NCBI GenBank assembly: GCA_024405635.1
Contig: JAKSOL010000004.1
Coordinates: forward strand, 86,919 to 150,918
DNA from: Salinivirgaceae bacterium
Lineage (GTDB): Bacteria; Bacteroidota; Bacteroidia; Bacteroidales; SZUA-534
Length of the DNA stretch: 64,000 nt
Direction: 5' to 3'
Made by a program: the position numbers and the translations under genes. The notes under the pieces are model-generated. The model ran no database searches. It had not been told where the DNA came from and worked only from the letters and a program-made list of their open reading frames with translations. Shown one piece after another: positions 1-9,369 of this stretch (position 1 is the stretch's first letter; the number at the start of each line of letters is the position of its first letter).

Positions 1-350
1 TTGTAACTTATTGTGTATATGCACACATCGATGCTGCGGTGTGCGTGCCTAATCAAATCAAGAATGGTTGTGGGAATGTCGTCGCTTGGGCTAAAGTAAG
101 CGTGGTGAAAACGAAAAGTGTAGCGGTCAATGGTGTCGAAACAGTTTTCGAGCCATATAAGTGTGTCAAGCTCGGGGCGGCGAACCGACAACCGATGCGC
201 ATAATTAAACAGCAGTTTCTTCATGTCGCCGCGGCCCACTCGGTCTATTTGGTTTATCTTGTCAATAATCTCTTGCGGTATTTGATCTTGAAACCGTTCG
301 CCAATGTGCTTCACAAAGTATTCGGCTATTTCGTATTTCACTTTATTCAT
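1..350 (-). CDS. Phospholipase D-like domain protein (putative nuclease), 5' part; runs off the window
   Basis: Not in the ORF track. Manual translation from ATG at 350: MNKVKYEIAEYF...HHAYFSPSDDIPTTILDLIRHAHRSIDVCIYTISY, matching the typical start of a PLD_2 domain (YFSP...LI..A..SID.C.YTI). The HKD motif would lie outside the window. Confidence 0.7.
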   Translation of the reverse strand, partial: MNKVKYEIAEYFVKHIGERFQDQIPQEIIDKINQIDRVGRGDMKKLLFNYAHRLSVRRPELDTLIWLENCFDTIDRYTFRFHHAYFSPSDDIPTTILDLIRHAHRSIDVCIYTISY

Positions 351-663
351 TCCTGCTGAAATTTGCCGTAAGATAAGGCTTTAACGTAATATGAAGTGAT
401 GCTTTGTGGCGATTTTTATAAAAATGTAGGTTTATGTATCGGCCATTTGCATCAAAATATATTGCCTACTTGCTATAACACTAATAGTAGTGTGCCTTTT
501 GTGCAGTTTTGGATCTTTGCAATCGGTTGTAAATGAGTGCGTAAATGCCAATATGTGGCACTTTATTAACATGTTTATTAACCGTTCGCGTGGCAAATGT
601 TGCATCTTATATAGTTTCAATGTGCACTGGTGTAAAAAAAAATACAGTTGGCATTTAACTATA

Positions 664-671
664 TACGTTTG
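664..671 (+). promoter_or_regulatory. Bacteroidota sigma-A -7 element (TACGTTTG)
   Basis: Matches TAnnTTTG, 28 nt upstream of the ATG at 700. Confidence 0.5.
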
Positions 672-699
672 TGCACTAGAATCAAAAAACCATACTCAA

Positions 700-3600
700 A
701 TGAATTTGAAAAACAAACTGGTATTTGCGTTGATGCTGTGTGCATCGGCAGTATTTGCACAGGTTGAAGAAAGTAGTACCGATTTTGGTGAGGGTATTGC
801 TTACGACTACGATTATTATAGCAATGGAGAAGAGGCTGGTGGAGTTTATTTTAAACTCGATGCTTCAACATTACAGGCTACAGTTGTTGCTGGTCCGTTC
901 CAATATCGTGGCGATGTTGTAATTCCTGCAACTGTTACGGTTGATGGAAAAACCTACGCTGTTACTACTATTGGTAAAATGGCGTTTTGTAACTGCTTGG
1001 AATTGAATTCAGTTAAGTTGGGCGACAATGTTGAAACCATTAAAACACAGGCTTTTTACATTGCCGACAATGCTACAAGTGGTTCAGCTCGTCCGTTTTT
1101 TATGGACCTCGATGCTCCAAAACTTAAAACTCTTGAGTCTAACTGCTTTTATTCAACTTATGTTATTGGTAATACCGACATTAACGGCAACGCTGTAACA
1201 AGCAATACCGCTACCAATTCAGTAATTAAAATTGGTAAAAACGTACAGACTATTGGTAGTGGTATTTGGCAATGGGGCGGCGGCAACTATGCGCAAAAAT
1301 TTGTGGTTGACCCCGAAAACCAATACTACTGCACCGACGAGTATGGCATTCTATATAGCAAAGACAAAAAAACATTGGTAATTGCTCCACGCTATTTGAA
1401 ACTAGCAATGGGCAACCCAACAACCTTTGAATATAACATTCCCGAAACCGTGACATTGGTTCACAGTTTTGCTTTTTATTTTGTATCAACCAACAACTGG
1501 CTTAGTCTTACTGGTCTCGATGGCATTTCATCAATAACCAGTTGTACAGTTGGTAGCGCAATTAAGTCGCTCAACATTGGTCGCAATGTTAAAACAGTAA
1601 ACATTGGTGGTATTATGTATTCAGGCTATACCGATTACACAGTATCGGAAGGTAGCCCATATTTCACTGTTATTGACCACGTGCTTTACAAGTTGAACAG
1701 CAGCGGTCAACCATCGGAACTTGTTCATGTATCGCGCGCAAGCCGCAGCGACACTGTTCGCCTTCCTGCAACTGTTACATCAATCGGAACGTATGCTTTT
1801 TACAGCAACCAATATGTTAAAGGAATTGACTGCTCAAAAGCAACAAACCTAACCTCCATTGCCGAAACTGCAGCTCATGGCGCAAAATTTGAGATTGAGT
1901 ATTCTAATCTTCCTCCGGGCGACAATTCGCCTATTTATGTTGACCAATACGGTATTCAATATTCAAAAGACCGAAAGAAAATGTTGCTTTGGAGTTCAAA
2001 CGTCAAAGCCGATACTGTTATTCTGCCTGTTGAATTAACAACAATTTCGGTTTCGGCATTGCGCGAAAACAATTACATTCAGCACATTGTGATGGGAAAG
2101 AATGTGAGCAGCATTGCCGACCAAACATTTAATCATCGCTTTGCCAATCTTAAGAGTTTTAGTGTTGATCCAAATAACAAAAACTTTAAAAACGACGAAA
2201 GCGGTGCTCTTTACTCAAAAGATGGCAAAAAACTTCGTTGTTTCCCTCGTGGCAACGATAGCTTAACTTACAAGGTACTACAAGGCACTACCGAGTTGCC
2301 TCGTTATAAAGTTTTTTCGGGTAACAAAAACTTGCAGATTATTGACCTTGGTAACACAATGACCAAAGTTGATGAGCAAACCATTACCGATATACCAAAC
2401 TTGAGTCTTATTCGTGTGGGAACTAAAAACCCACCTCACGCATATCTAAGCTCGTTCTCTTCAAACATGTATGGACGTGTGCGTTTGTATGTGCCAAAAG
2501 AATTTGAGAGATACTACGAAACTGCATCAATTTGGAACAAGTTTGTGATTATTAAAGACTTGGCAGAGTATGAAAAAGACGTTGAAACTCTTGAAATTGA
2601 AGTTCCTGTTGAAATTTACGAGGAGAATATTGACGACAACGACTATACTTTTGCATCAACCAAAAACGGTTACAAAGTAGTCTTTAGAGAGTGGACTAAC
2701 TACGACATGGAAACCTACAAAGAGGGTTTCACTATTAAACGTCCAATACAGCAAAAACAAATCAACCGCGGCGGTCAAGCTATATCGATTTATGCAATCC
2801 GTAATCGTTACAATGTATCGTGGAAGGTTGGCGACACCGAAGTTTCTTCAGCTTCGTTAAAATATGGTGCGCAAATTTATCCTCCTGTTGATCCTGCTGC
2901 TCCAGTTGACTACAAATTCATTGGTTGGAGCACCAATGCTTCGGCTACATCGGCAATAAACTTTAGCGATGTTTACACCGTGCCAGCAAACAACATTACT
3001 TTCTATGCAATTTTTGTAAAGAAAGATGCTGCAAACTACACAGTGAACCACTACAAACAAGACCTTGGAGCCAAAACATACACTTTGGTTAGCACACAAA
3101 CAGGTTCCGATATTCAAGACCGTAACACCAATGCCGTTGCCGAGTCGTATGAAGGATTTACCGTTGTACCATTTAGCCAAAAGGTTATTGCAGGCGATGG
3201 CTCAACTGTGGTGAATATTTATTACAACCGCAACAGTTACAGCCTAGGTTGGAATTTTGCCGACGGAACACCTTCTGATCAAAACTACACCAAATCGGGT
3301 AGTGTACAATATGGCGCAGCTCTTGTTGCTCCAACTCTTTTGCGAACCGGCTACGACATGGCTTGGGAAACAACTATTCCAAGCACAATGCCTGCTCAAG
3401 ATGTTACTTACACAGCAGTTTGGACAGCAAAAGAATATCCAATTAAATGGATGATGAACGACGGCACCGATGTTGTTTACTCATCGGGCAATGTGAATTA
3501 TGGTACCGACATTGTTGCTCCTGCAGTTAATCCATCGCGTGTGGGTTACACTTTTGAAGGTTGGAGCGATTCGGAAAATGGTGCTGTTATTGCAAATCTT

Positions 3601-6600
3601 GGTAAAATGAACACTACAAGCCAAGTAACTTACTACGCAGTGTGGACAATAAAACAATACACCGCAACTTGGCATCTTAACAATGGTAGTGGCACTGATC
3701 AAACAACCACCATTACTTATGGTCAGCCAATAAGCCCAATTGCCAATCCAACTGCTCCAGCCGATTACGACTTTGTAGGTTGGAACACCAACGCATCGGC
3801 AACTTCGGCCATTACATTTGACAATAATTACACAGCACCTGCTTCAAATGTCGATTTTTACGCCATTTATGCAATGAAAGGTGCTGCACAATACACTGTT
3901 AATCATTACAAACAAGACCTTGGCGCAACAACCTATACTTTGGCAAACTCGCAAACAGGTTCCGATATTCAAGACCGTTTGACAAATGCAGTGGCCGAAT
4001 CGTACGAGGGTTTTGCAGTTCAACCATTTGACCAAAAAACCATTACAGCCGATGGCAAAACAGTAGTTGACATTTACTACAATCGCATTAGCTACAACCT
4101 AACTTGGGATTTTGCTGGTGGCACTTCAACCAACAACAACTACACCCAAGCAGGTGCTGTGCAATATGGCGCAACCATTGTTGCACCAACCCTAAGCCGC
4201 ACAGGTTACGAAATGAGTTGGGCTACTCCTATTGCTAGTACCATGCCAGCCGAAAATGTTACATACACAGCAAGCTGGAATGCTAATAGCTACACCATTA
4301 GTTGGTTGATGAACGACGGAACAAACGATGCGTTTACTTCAACCTCAGTTAAATTTGACAACGATATTACTGCTCCAGCAACAACTCCAACTCGCACTGG
4401 ATACAACTTCAATGGTTGGGCTTCGTCTTCAAACGGCGCAGTGATTTCCAACTTTGGCAAACTTGCCACCACAAACGCAGTTTCGTACTACGCAGTGTGG
4501 TCAGCTAAACAATTTACTGCAACTTGGCACAAAAACGACGGCTCAAATGCTACTTCAACCACAAGCATAGTATTTGGACAAACTGTTGAGCCAATTGCCA
4601 ATCCAACTGCACCAACCGACTATCGTTTTGTAGGTTGGGGAACTTCAGCCGATGCAACTATTGCTATAAACTTTAACAATTACACAGCATCAACCGACGT
4701 CGATTTCTATGCTATTTATGCAATGAAAGATGCTGCACAATACACAGTTAACCATTATCAGCAAGACCTTGGCAAAACAACATACACTTTGCACCGCACT
4801 CAAACTGGTTCCGATATTCAAGACCGTTTGACCAACGCTGTTGCAGAGTCGTACGATGGCTTTGCAGTTCAACCGTTTAGTCAAAAAACTATTGCAGGCG
4901 ATGGTTCAACTGTGGTTGACATTTACTACAACCGCATTAGTTACAACTTGGCTTGGGAGTTTGCAGGTGGAACACCAACAAACAACAAATATACTCAAGC
5001 GGGAAGCATTCAATATGGTGCTGTAATTACCGCTCCAACTCTAAAACGCACAGGCTATTCTATGGTTTGGAACAATCCTATTGCTGCAACTATGCCTGCT
5101 GCCGATGTAACATACACTGCCGAGTGGAGTGCAAACGAGTATTCGGTTAAATGGATGATGAACGATGGAACAAACGATGTTCACACTACATCGTATGTTT
5201 TGTTTAACGACAACATTGTGGTTCCTTCGGGTATCCCAAGTCGCGATGGTTATACTCACGCTGGTTGGAGCGATAGCAAAACAGGCTCTGCTCTTACCGA
5301 TTTTGGTAAACTAACAACTGCTGCCGACAAATCGTTTTATGCCGTTTGGGCTCCAAACCAATACACCGCAACTTGGCATTTGAATAATGGTTCTGACGAA
5401 ACACAAACTAGTACAATAGTTTATGGTCAGCCAATTAGCCCTATTGCTAATCCAGCTGCGCCAACCGACTATGTTTTTGTAGGTTGGAATACCACCGCAT
5501 CGGCTACAACAGCCATCACATTTAACGAGAGTTATGTTGCTCCTGCTTCAAACGTCGATTTTTACGCCGTTTATGCAATGAAAGGATCAGCGCAATACAC
5601 AATTAACCATTATAAACAAGATTTAGGAGCCGATACCTACACCTTGGTAAGCACCGAAAAAGGTTCCGACATTCAAGACCGTTTGACAAGTGCACAAGCC
5701 GAATCGTTTGAAGGATTTGCAGCTCAAGACTTCGATCAACAACTAATTGCTGGCGACGGAACTACAGTGGTTAATATTTACTACAATCGTATAAACTACA
5801 GCTTGACTTGGGATTTTGCCAATGGCACTCCAGTTGATGACAATTACACCAAATCGGGCAATGTGCAATATGGTGCAGCCATTGTTGCTCCAACACTAAA
5901 CCGCGTAGGTTATTCAATGGAATGGGATTCCCCAATTGCCGAAACAATGCCATCAAGCGATGTTTACTACACTGCACAATGGACAGCTAATAACTACTCT
6001 GTCGATTGGATGTATAACGATGGAACTAGCCAACTATTCACAACAACAAATGTTGACTTTGACGAAAACATTGTAGCTCCAACCGAACAACCAAGCCGCT
6101 TGGGTTACACTTTTGCTGGTTGGTCAAACACTCAAGACGGCGAGGCTGTAACCGACTTCGGAAAACTTACAACAACCAATCAAGTGTCGTTATATGCTAC
6201 TTGGACAGCCAATAGCTACACCGCAACTTGGTTCAATAACGATGGTACCGATGACCAAACAACCACTCAAGTTGAATTTGGCCAATCTATTGTTGAGGTT
6301 GCTTCTCCTTCTCGCGAGGGTTACACCTTTGCAGGCTGGGGCGATGCAGCTAATGCTGAAACTGCCATTTCTGACTTTGGTACAATGACAGTTGACGGTG
6401 CCGAATTCTTCGCTTTGTGGACAGCAAACAACTACGAAGCAAACTGGTACAACAACGATGGAACCGACAATAAAACAACCACTCAAGTGGCATACGGACA
6501 ACCAATTGAGCCAATTGCCGACTTGGAGCGCGAGGGATTCGCATTTATTGGCTGGGGACACGAACTTACTAGCGTAAGCAGCACTATTGTAACCGATTTC

Positions 6601-8328
6601 GGTACAATGACTACCAACGGCGCTGATTTCTATGCAGTTTGGGAAAAGAACATTTACACCATCTCATGGTTTATAAACGATGCAGCCGGCTCAATGGTCG
6701 AAAGCAAAGCAAGTTTCAACGACGAAATAGTAGCGCCTATCACACCAATGATTACAGGATTTGCCTTTAATGGTTGGAGCAAGAGCGTAAGCGGAACAGT
6801 GGTTGATCTTTCGCAAGAGCGCATGCCAAGCCACAACGTGTCGTACTATGCAAGTTGGACTCCATGCAACTACACCATTAATTGGTACAACAACGATGGA
6901 ACCGACGATGTTCTAATCACCGAATTTGAATTTGGTCAACAAATTATAGCTCCTGAAAGCCCTACTCGCAAAGGTTACTTGTTCGCCGGTTGGGGAACCT
7001 CTGCCGATGCAGTTGAACCTCTTGCCGATTTGGGTACAGTAACCGTAAATGGTGCCGATTTTTATGCCATCTGGACTGCAAATAGCTTTGCTGCAGTTTG
7101 GAACCTTAACAATGGTACCGACAGTTGCATAGTCAATACCGTAAACTTTGGCGATATTATTGTTGCTCCTGCTAATCCAATCCGCACAGGCTACAATTTT
7201 GTTGGTTGGGGCATATCTGCCGATGATTCTGAGCCACTTGCAAACTTTGGTACAATGACAACCAACGGTGCAACATTCTACGGCATTTGGACCAAAAACT
7301 CATACAATGTCGAATGGATGTTTAACGACGGAACCGACAATAAACTACAAACCGCAGTTGCATTTGGCGACAAAATTATAGCACCAGCTAATCCTTCGCG
7401 CGACAATTACGTGTTTGCCGGTTGGAGCAACAGCGCTAATGGCAATGTGATAACCGACTTTGGAACAATGCAAGCCGACCACTTAACATTCTACGCTAAA
7501 TGGACCTTTGCTAACTCCGACTTTGACGACGACGGCATTTGCGACCTAAACTGCGATATTGATGGTGACGGTATTCCTGACCTTAACATCGATACCGACG
7601 GCGACGGAAAAGCCGACAAAAACATTGTCGATATTAAAGAATTGCTAACCTTCGACGTGGTTGACTATTTCACAACCTGCGAGTTTGAAGATGATATTGA
7701 ATTGACTCCAGTAAGCGATTCAAAATACATGAACTACGTTGATTACACCTTCTCAATTGGCGATGCAAATTGTAGTGCAAATGGTACAAGCATCAGTTTG
7801 CCAAGCGATGCAAACATTAACGACACCGTTACCATTACTTCGCAAATTGGTACCAGCCACTTGAGCAAACAAGTTGCTTACTCAATCAAACAACGCATTA
7901 TAGCTACCATGTGGGACGATGTTGTAAGCGTAATCAACACTAACCATCAGTTTAACTCATACGTTTGGATGCACAATGGTAAAGAGGTTGGCACCAAACC
8001 GTTCTATCAAGAAGTGGGCGGTATAACCGGTCAATATTCGCTTGTGGCAACCAAAACCGATGGCAGCGTAGTTTACTCGTGCGACGAAAACTTTGGCTCA
8101 GCTCAACAACTAGTTGCTTATCCAAACCCTGTTGTCGATGTAGTTACCATTGCTGGTGGAACTTGGCATAGCGACCAAATAATTAAAGTGTACAGCGCTA
8201 GCGGTGAGTTGGTTCTTGAACAACAAGCAACCGATGGTGAAGAACAAAAAATCGACCTATCGTCGTTGCCTCAAGGATCGTACTTAATAATGATTGGAAA
8301 CAAATCGGTTAACGTTGTAAAACAATAA
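700..8328 (+). CDS. Giant T9SS-secreted surface protein (2542 aa): BspA-type leucine-rich repeats, many InlB B-repeat (Flg_new-like) domains, acidic Ca-binding motif, type A T9SS C-terminal domain
   Basis: Signal peptide MNLKNKLVFALMLCASAVFAQ places the start at 700, not 490. LRR_5-like segments (VTTIGKMAFCNC, VTSIGTYAFY), repeated P..P.R.GY.F.GW...YA.W units, DxDxDG motifs and C-terminal LVAYPNP...IDLSSLPQGSYLI. Confidence 0.85.
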   Translation: MNLKNKLVFALMLCASAVFAQVEESSTDFGEGIAYDYDYYSNGEEAGGVYFKLDASTLQATVVAGPFQYRGDVVIPATVTVDGKTYAVTTIGKMAFCNCLELNSVKLGDNVETIKTQAFYIADNATSGSARPFFMDLDAPKLKTLESNCFYSTYVIGNTDINGNAVTSNTATNSVIKIGKNVQTIGSGIWQWGGGNYAQKFVVDPENQYYCTDEYGILYSKDKKTLVIAPRYLKLAMGNPTTFEYNIPETVTLVHSFAFYFVSTNNWLSLTGLDGISSITSCTVGSAIKSLNIGRNVKTVNIGGIMYSGYTDYTVSEGSPYFTVIDHVLYKLNSSGQPSELVHVSRASRSDTVRLPATVTSIGTYAFYSNQYVKGIDCSKATNLTSIAETAAHGAKFEIEYSNLPPGDNSPIYVDQYGIQYSKDRKKMLLWSSNVKADTVILPVELTTISVSALRENNYIQHIVMGKNVSSIADQTFNHRFANLKSFSVDPNNKNFKNDESGALYSKDGKKLRCFPRGNDSLTYKVLQGTTELPRYKVFSGNKNLQIIDLGNTMTKVDEQTITDIPNLSLIRVGTKNPPHAYLSSFSSNMYGRVRLYVPKEFERYYETASIWNKFVIIKDLAEYEKDVETLEIEVPVEIYEENIDDNDYTFASTKNGYKVVFREWTNYDMETYKEGFTIKRPIQQKQINRGGQAISIYAIRNRYNVSWKVGDTEVSSASLKYGAQIYPPVDPAAPVDYKFIGWSTNASATSAINFSDVYTVPANNITFYAIFVKKDAANYTVNHYKQDLGAKTYTLVSTQTGSDIQDRNTNAVAESYEGFTVVPFSQKVIAGDGSTVVNIYYNRNSYSLGWNFADGTPSDQNYTKSGSVQYGAALVAPTLLRTGYDMAWETTIPSTMPAQDVTYTAVWTAKEYPIKWMMNDGTDVVYSSGNVNYGTDIVAPAVNPSRVGYTFEGWSDSENGAVIANLGKMNTTSQVTYYAVWTIKQYTATWHLNNGSGTDQTTTITYGQPISPIANPTAPADYDFVGWNTNASATSAITFDNNYTAPASNVDFYAIYAMKGAAQYTVNHYKQDLGATTYTLANSQTGSDIQDRLTNAVAESYEGFAVQPFDQKTITADGKTVVDIYYNRISYNLTWDFAGGTSTNNNYTQAGAVQYGATIVAPTLSRTGYEMSWATPIASTMPAENVTYTASWNANSYTISWLMNDGTNDAFTSTSVKFDNDITAPATTPTRTGYNFNGWASSSNGAVISNFGKLATTNAVSYYAVWSAKQFTATWHKNDGSNATSTTSIVFGQTVEPIANPTAPTDYRFVGWGTSADATIAINFNNYTASTDVDFYAIYAMKDAAQYTVNHYQQDLGKTTYTLHRTQTGSDIQDRLTNAVAESYDGFAVQPFSQKTIAGDGSTVVDIYYNRISYNLAWEFAGGTPTNNKYTQAGSIQYGAVITAPTLKRTGYSMVWNNPIAATMPAADVTYTAEWSANEYSVKWMMNDGTNDVHTTSYVLFNDNIVVPSGIPSRDGYTHAGWSDSKTGSALTDFGKLTTAADKSFYAVWAPNQYTATWHLNNGSDETQTSTIVYGQPISPIANPAAPTDYVFVGWNTTASATTAITFNESYVAPASNVDFYAVYAMKGSAQYTINHYKQDLGADTYTLVSTEKGSDIQDRLTSAQAESFEGFAAQDFDQQLIAGDGTTVVNIYYNRINYSLTWDFANGTPVDDNYTKSGNVQYGAAIVAPTLNRVGYSMEWDSPIAETMPSSDVYYTAQWTANNYSVDWMYNDGTSQLFTTTNVDFDENIVAPTEQPSRLGYTFAGWSNTQDGEAVTDFGKLTTTNQVSLYATWTANSYTATWFNNDGTDDQTTTQVEFGQSIVEVASPSREGYTFAGWGDAANAETAISDFGTMTVDGAEFFALWTANNYEANWYNNDGTDNKTTTQVAYGQPIEPIADLEREGFAFIGWGHELTSVSSTIVTDFGTMTTNGADFYAVWEKNIYTISWFINDAAGSMVESKASFNDEIVAPITPMITGFAFNGWSKSVSGTVVDLSQERMPSHNVSYYASWTPCNYTINWYNNDGTDDVLITEFEFGQQIIAPESPTRKGYLFAGWGTSADAVEPLADLGTVTVNGADFYAIWTANSFAAVWNLNNGTDSCIVNTVNFGDIIVAPANPIRTGYNFVGWGISADDSEPLANFGTMTTNGATFYGIWTKNSYNVEWMFNDGTDNKLQTAVAFGDKIIAPANPSRDNYVFAGWSNSANGNVITDFGTMQADHLTFYAKWTFANSDFDDDGICDLNCDIDGDGIPDLNIDTDGDGKADKNIVDIKELLTFDVVDYFTTCEFEDDIELTPVSDSKYMNYVDYTFSIGDANCSANGTSISLPSDANINDTVTITSQIGTSHLSKQVAYSIKQRIIATMWDDVVSVINTNHQFNSYVWMHNGKEVGTKPFYQEVGGITGQYSLVATKTDGSVVYSCDENFGSAQQLVAYPNPVVDVVTIAGGTWHSDQIIKVYSASGELVLEQQATDGEEQKIDLSSLPQGSYLIMIGNKSVNVVKQ
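2809..6216 (+). repeat. Four intragenic tandem units of ~850 nt (~285 aa, four domains each)
   Basis: YT(V/I)NHY(K/Q)QDLG starts at 3037, 3892, 4741 and 5596 (periods 855/849/855); GGTTCCGAYATTCAAGACCG is present in all four units. Confidence 0.9.
6217..7509 (+). repeat. Six single ~72-aa B-repeat-like domains
   Basis: Units begin near 6217, 6433, 6655, 6871, 7087 and 7303 (Y/F-x-x-x-W-x-x-N-D/N-G/A). Confidence 0.8.
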
Positions 8329-8332
8329 GACA

Positions 8333-9211
8333 ATGAAAATGAATAAGATTATACTTTCGGTTGCATTGTTTTTTATAGCAGCAACCATCAGTGCTCAAGA
8401 AAACCAATTGTTGCACGTCGATTTAGGAACCGGACTACACACCTTGCAAGGTAAAGCCGCCGATGGCGACCATGGTCCACAAATGGGCTACACCTTTAAT
8501 CTTGGTTATCGCTATTTTATCGATGCCAATTGGGGCGTTGGCGCTGGCTTAGGCTTATCGAGCTACGCGGGAAAAACAACATTTAACTTTGTTGAGCAAA
8601 GCGAGGCTTTTGACCCAAATGTATGGGTAGGTGGATCAAACTATTCGTTTAATACTTACTACAAAAACTTTGTTGAAAAACAGAGAGTTACTCAACTCGA
8701 AATTCCAATTGTTGCATACTACCGCATGCGCGACATTTCGCGTGGCTGGGACTTTGTAAGTAACATAGGCTTTAAGATAGGAGTGCCTGTTGTTAAAAAG
8801 TACAAACTTAAAGATGGAATGTACGAAACAAAAGGATATTACGATTCAGTTTTTGTAGAGCTCGACACATTGCCAAATCATGGTTTTTATGTGGTTGAGG
8901 CCAATAAACAGAAAATAAAGAGCCAATGCAAAAACTTTAGTCTATCCATTTGTGGCGAGGCTGGATTGCAACGTGTAATTAGCAAAGGAGTTTATGTTTA
9001 TGGTGGCGTTTATTTTAGCTACAGCTTGTTAAGCTTGGCACAAAACAACAACAAACCACTTGTGTCGCCCAATGGAACATACAACGGAACAATGGCATCA
9101 AACCAGTGCAGCCACGCCAACCCTTTGCAATTTGGCGTTAAAGCAAGCTTGTTGGTAAACTTTAACAAAGTGCGACAAATTTTGCACATACAAACTCGCA
9201 CAAAATTCTAA
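8333..9211 (+). CDS. Outer membrane beta-barrel protein (PorT/OMP_b-brl-like)
   Basis: Signal peptide; amphipathic strands (GYTFNLGYRYF, WGVGAGLGLS, QLEIPI, LQFGVKASLLVNF); starts 4 nt after the adhesin stop. Confidence 0.7.
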   Translation: MKMNKIILSVALFFIAATISAQENQLLHVDLGTGLHTLQGKAADGDHGPQMGYTFNLGYRYFIDANWGVGAGLGLSSYAGKTTFNFVEQSEAFDPNVWVGGSNYSFNTYYKNFVEKQRVTQLEIPIVAYYRMRDISRGWDFVSNIGFKIGVPVVKKYKLKDGMYETKGYYDSVFVELDTLPNHGFYVVEANKQKIKSQCKNFSLSICGEAGLQRVISKGVYVYGGVYFSYSLLSLAQNNNKPLVSPNGTYNGTMASNQCSHANPLQFGVKASLLVNFNKVRQILHIQTRTKF

Positions 9212-9230
9212 ATAGTTTATCCAAACCATC

Positions 9231-9275
9231 AAAAAACGGGAATTTTCACCACTACTGAAGATTCCCGTTTTTTTT
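9231..9275 (+). terminator. Intrinsic terminator
   Basis: AAAAAACGGGAAT...ATTCCCGTTTTTTTT inverted repeat with T tract. Confidence 0.8.
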
Positions 9276-9369
9276 GTGTCGAGCGCTAACCTTATCCTAT
9301 TGTTAAAATAGTAACTGCTTTTTGAAAGGAAAGCATACCTTTGTCATCAAAAGAAAAATTTAAAGAGTT

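Noticed and set aside
39-359. 106-aa plus-strand ORF in the track
   Set aside because: Shadow of the PLD-like gene on the minus strand, which has recognisable motifs.
490-699. 70-aa N-terminal extension of the giant ORF
   Set aside because: Reads as non-coding, contains the promoter element, and the signal peptide begins at ATG 700.
2809-7509. CRISPR array or assembly artefact
   Set aside because: Repeats are long, in frame and diverged at synonymous sites; no repeat-spacer structure or cas genes.
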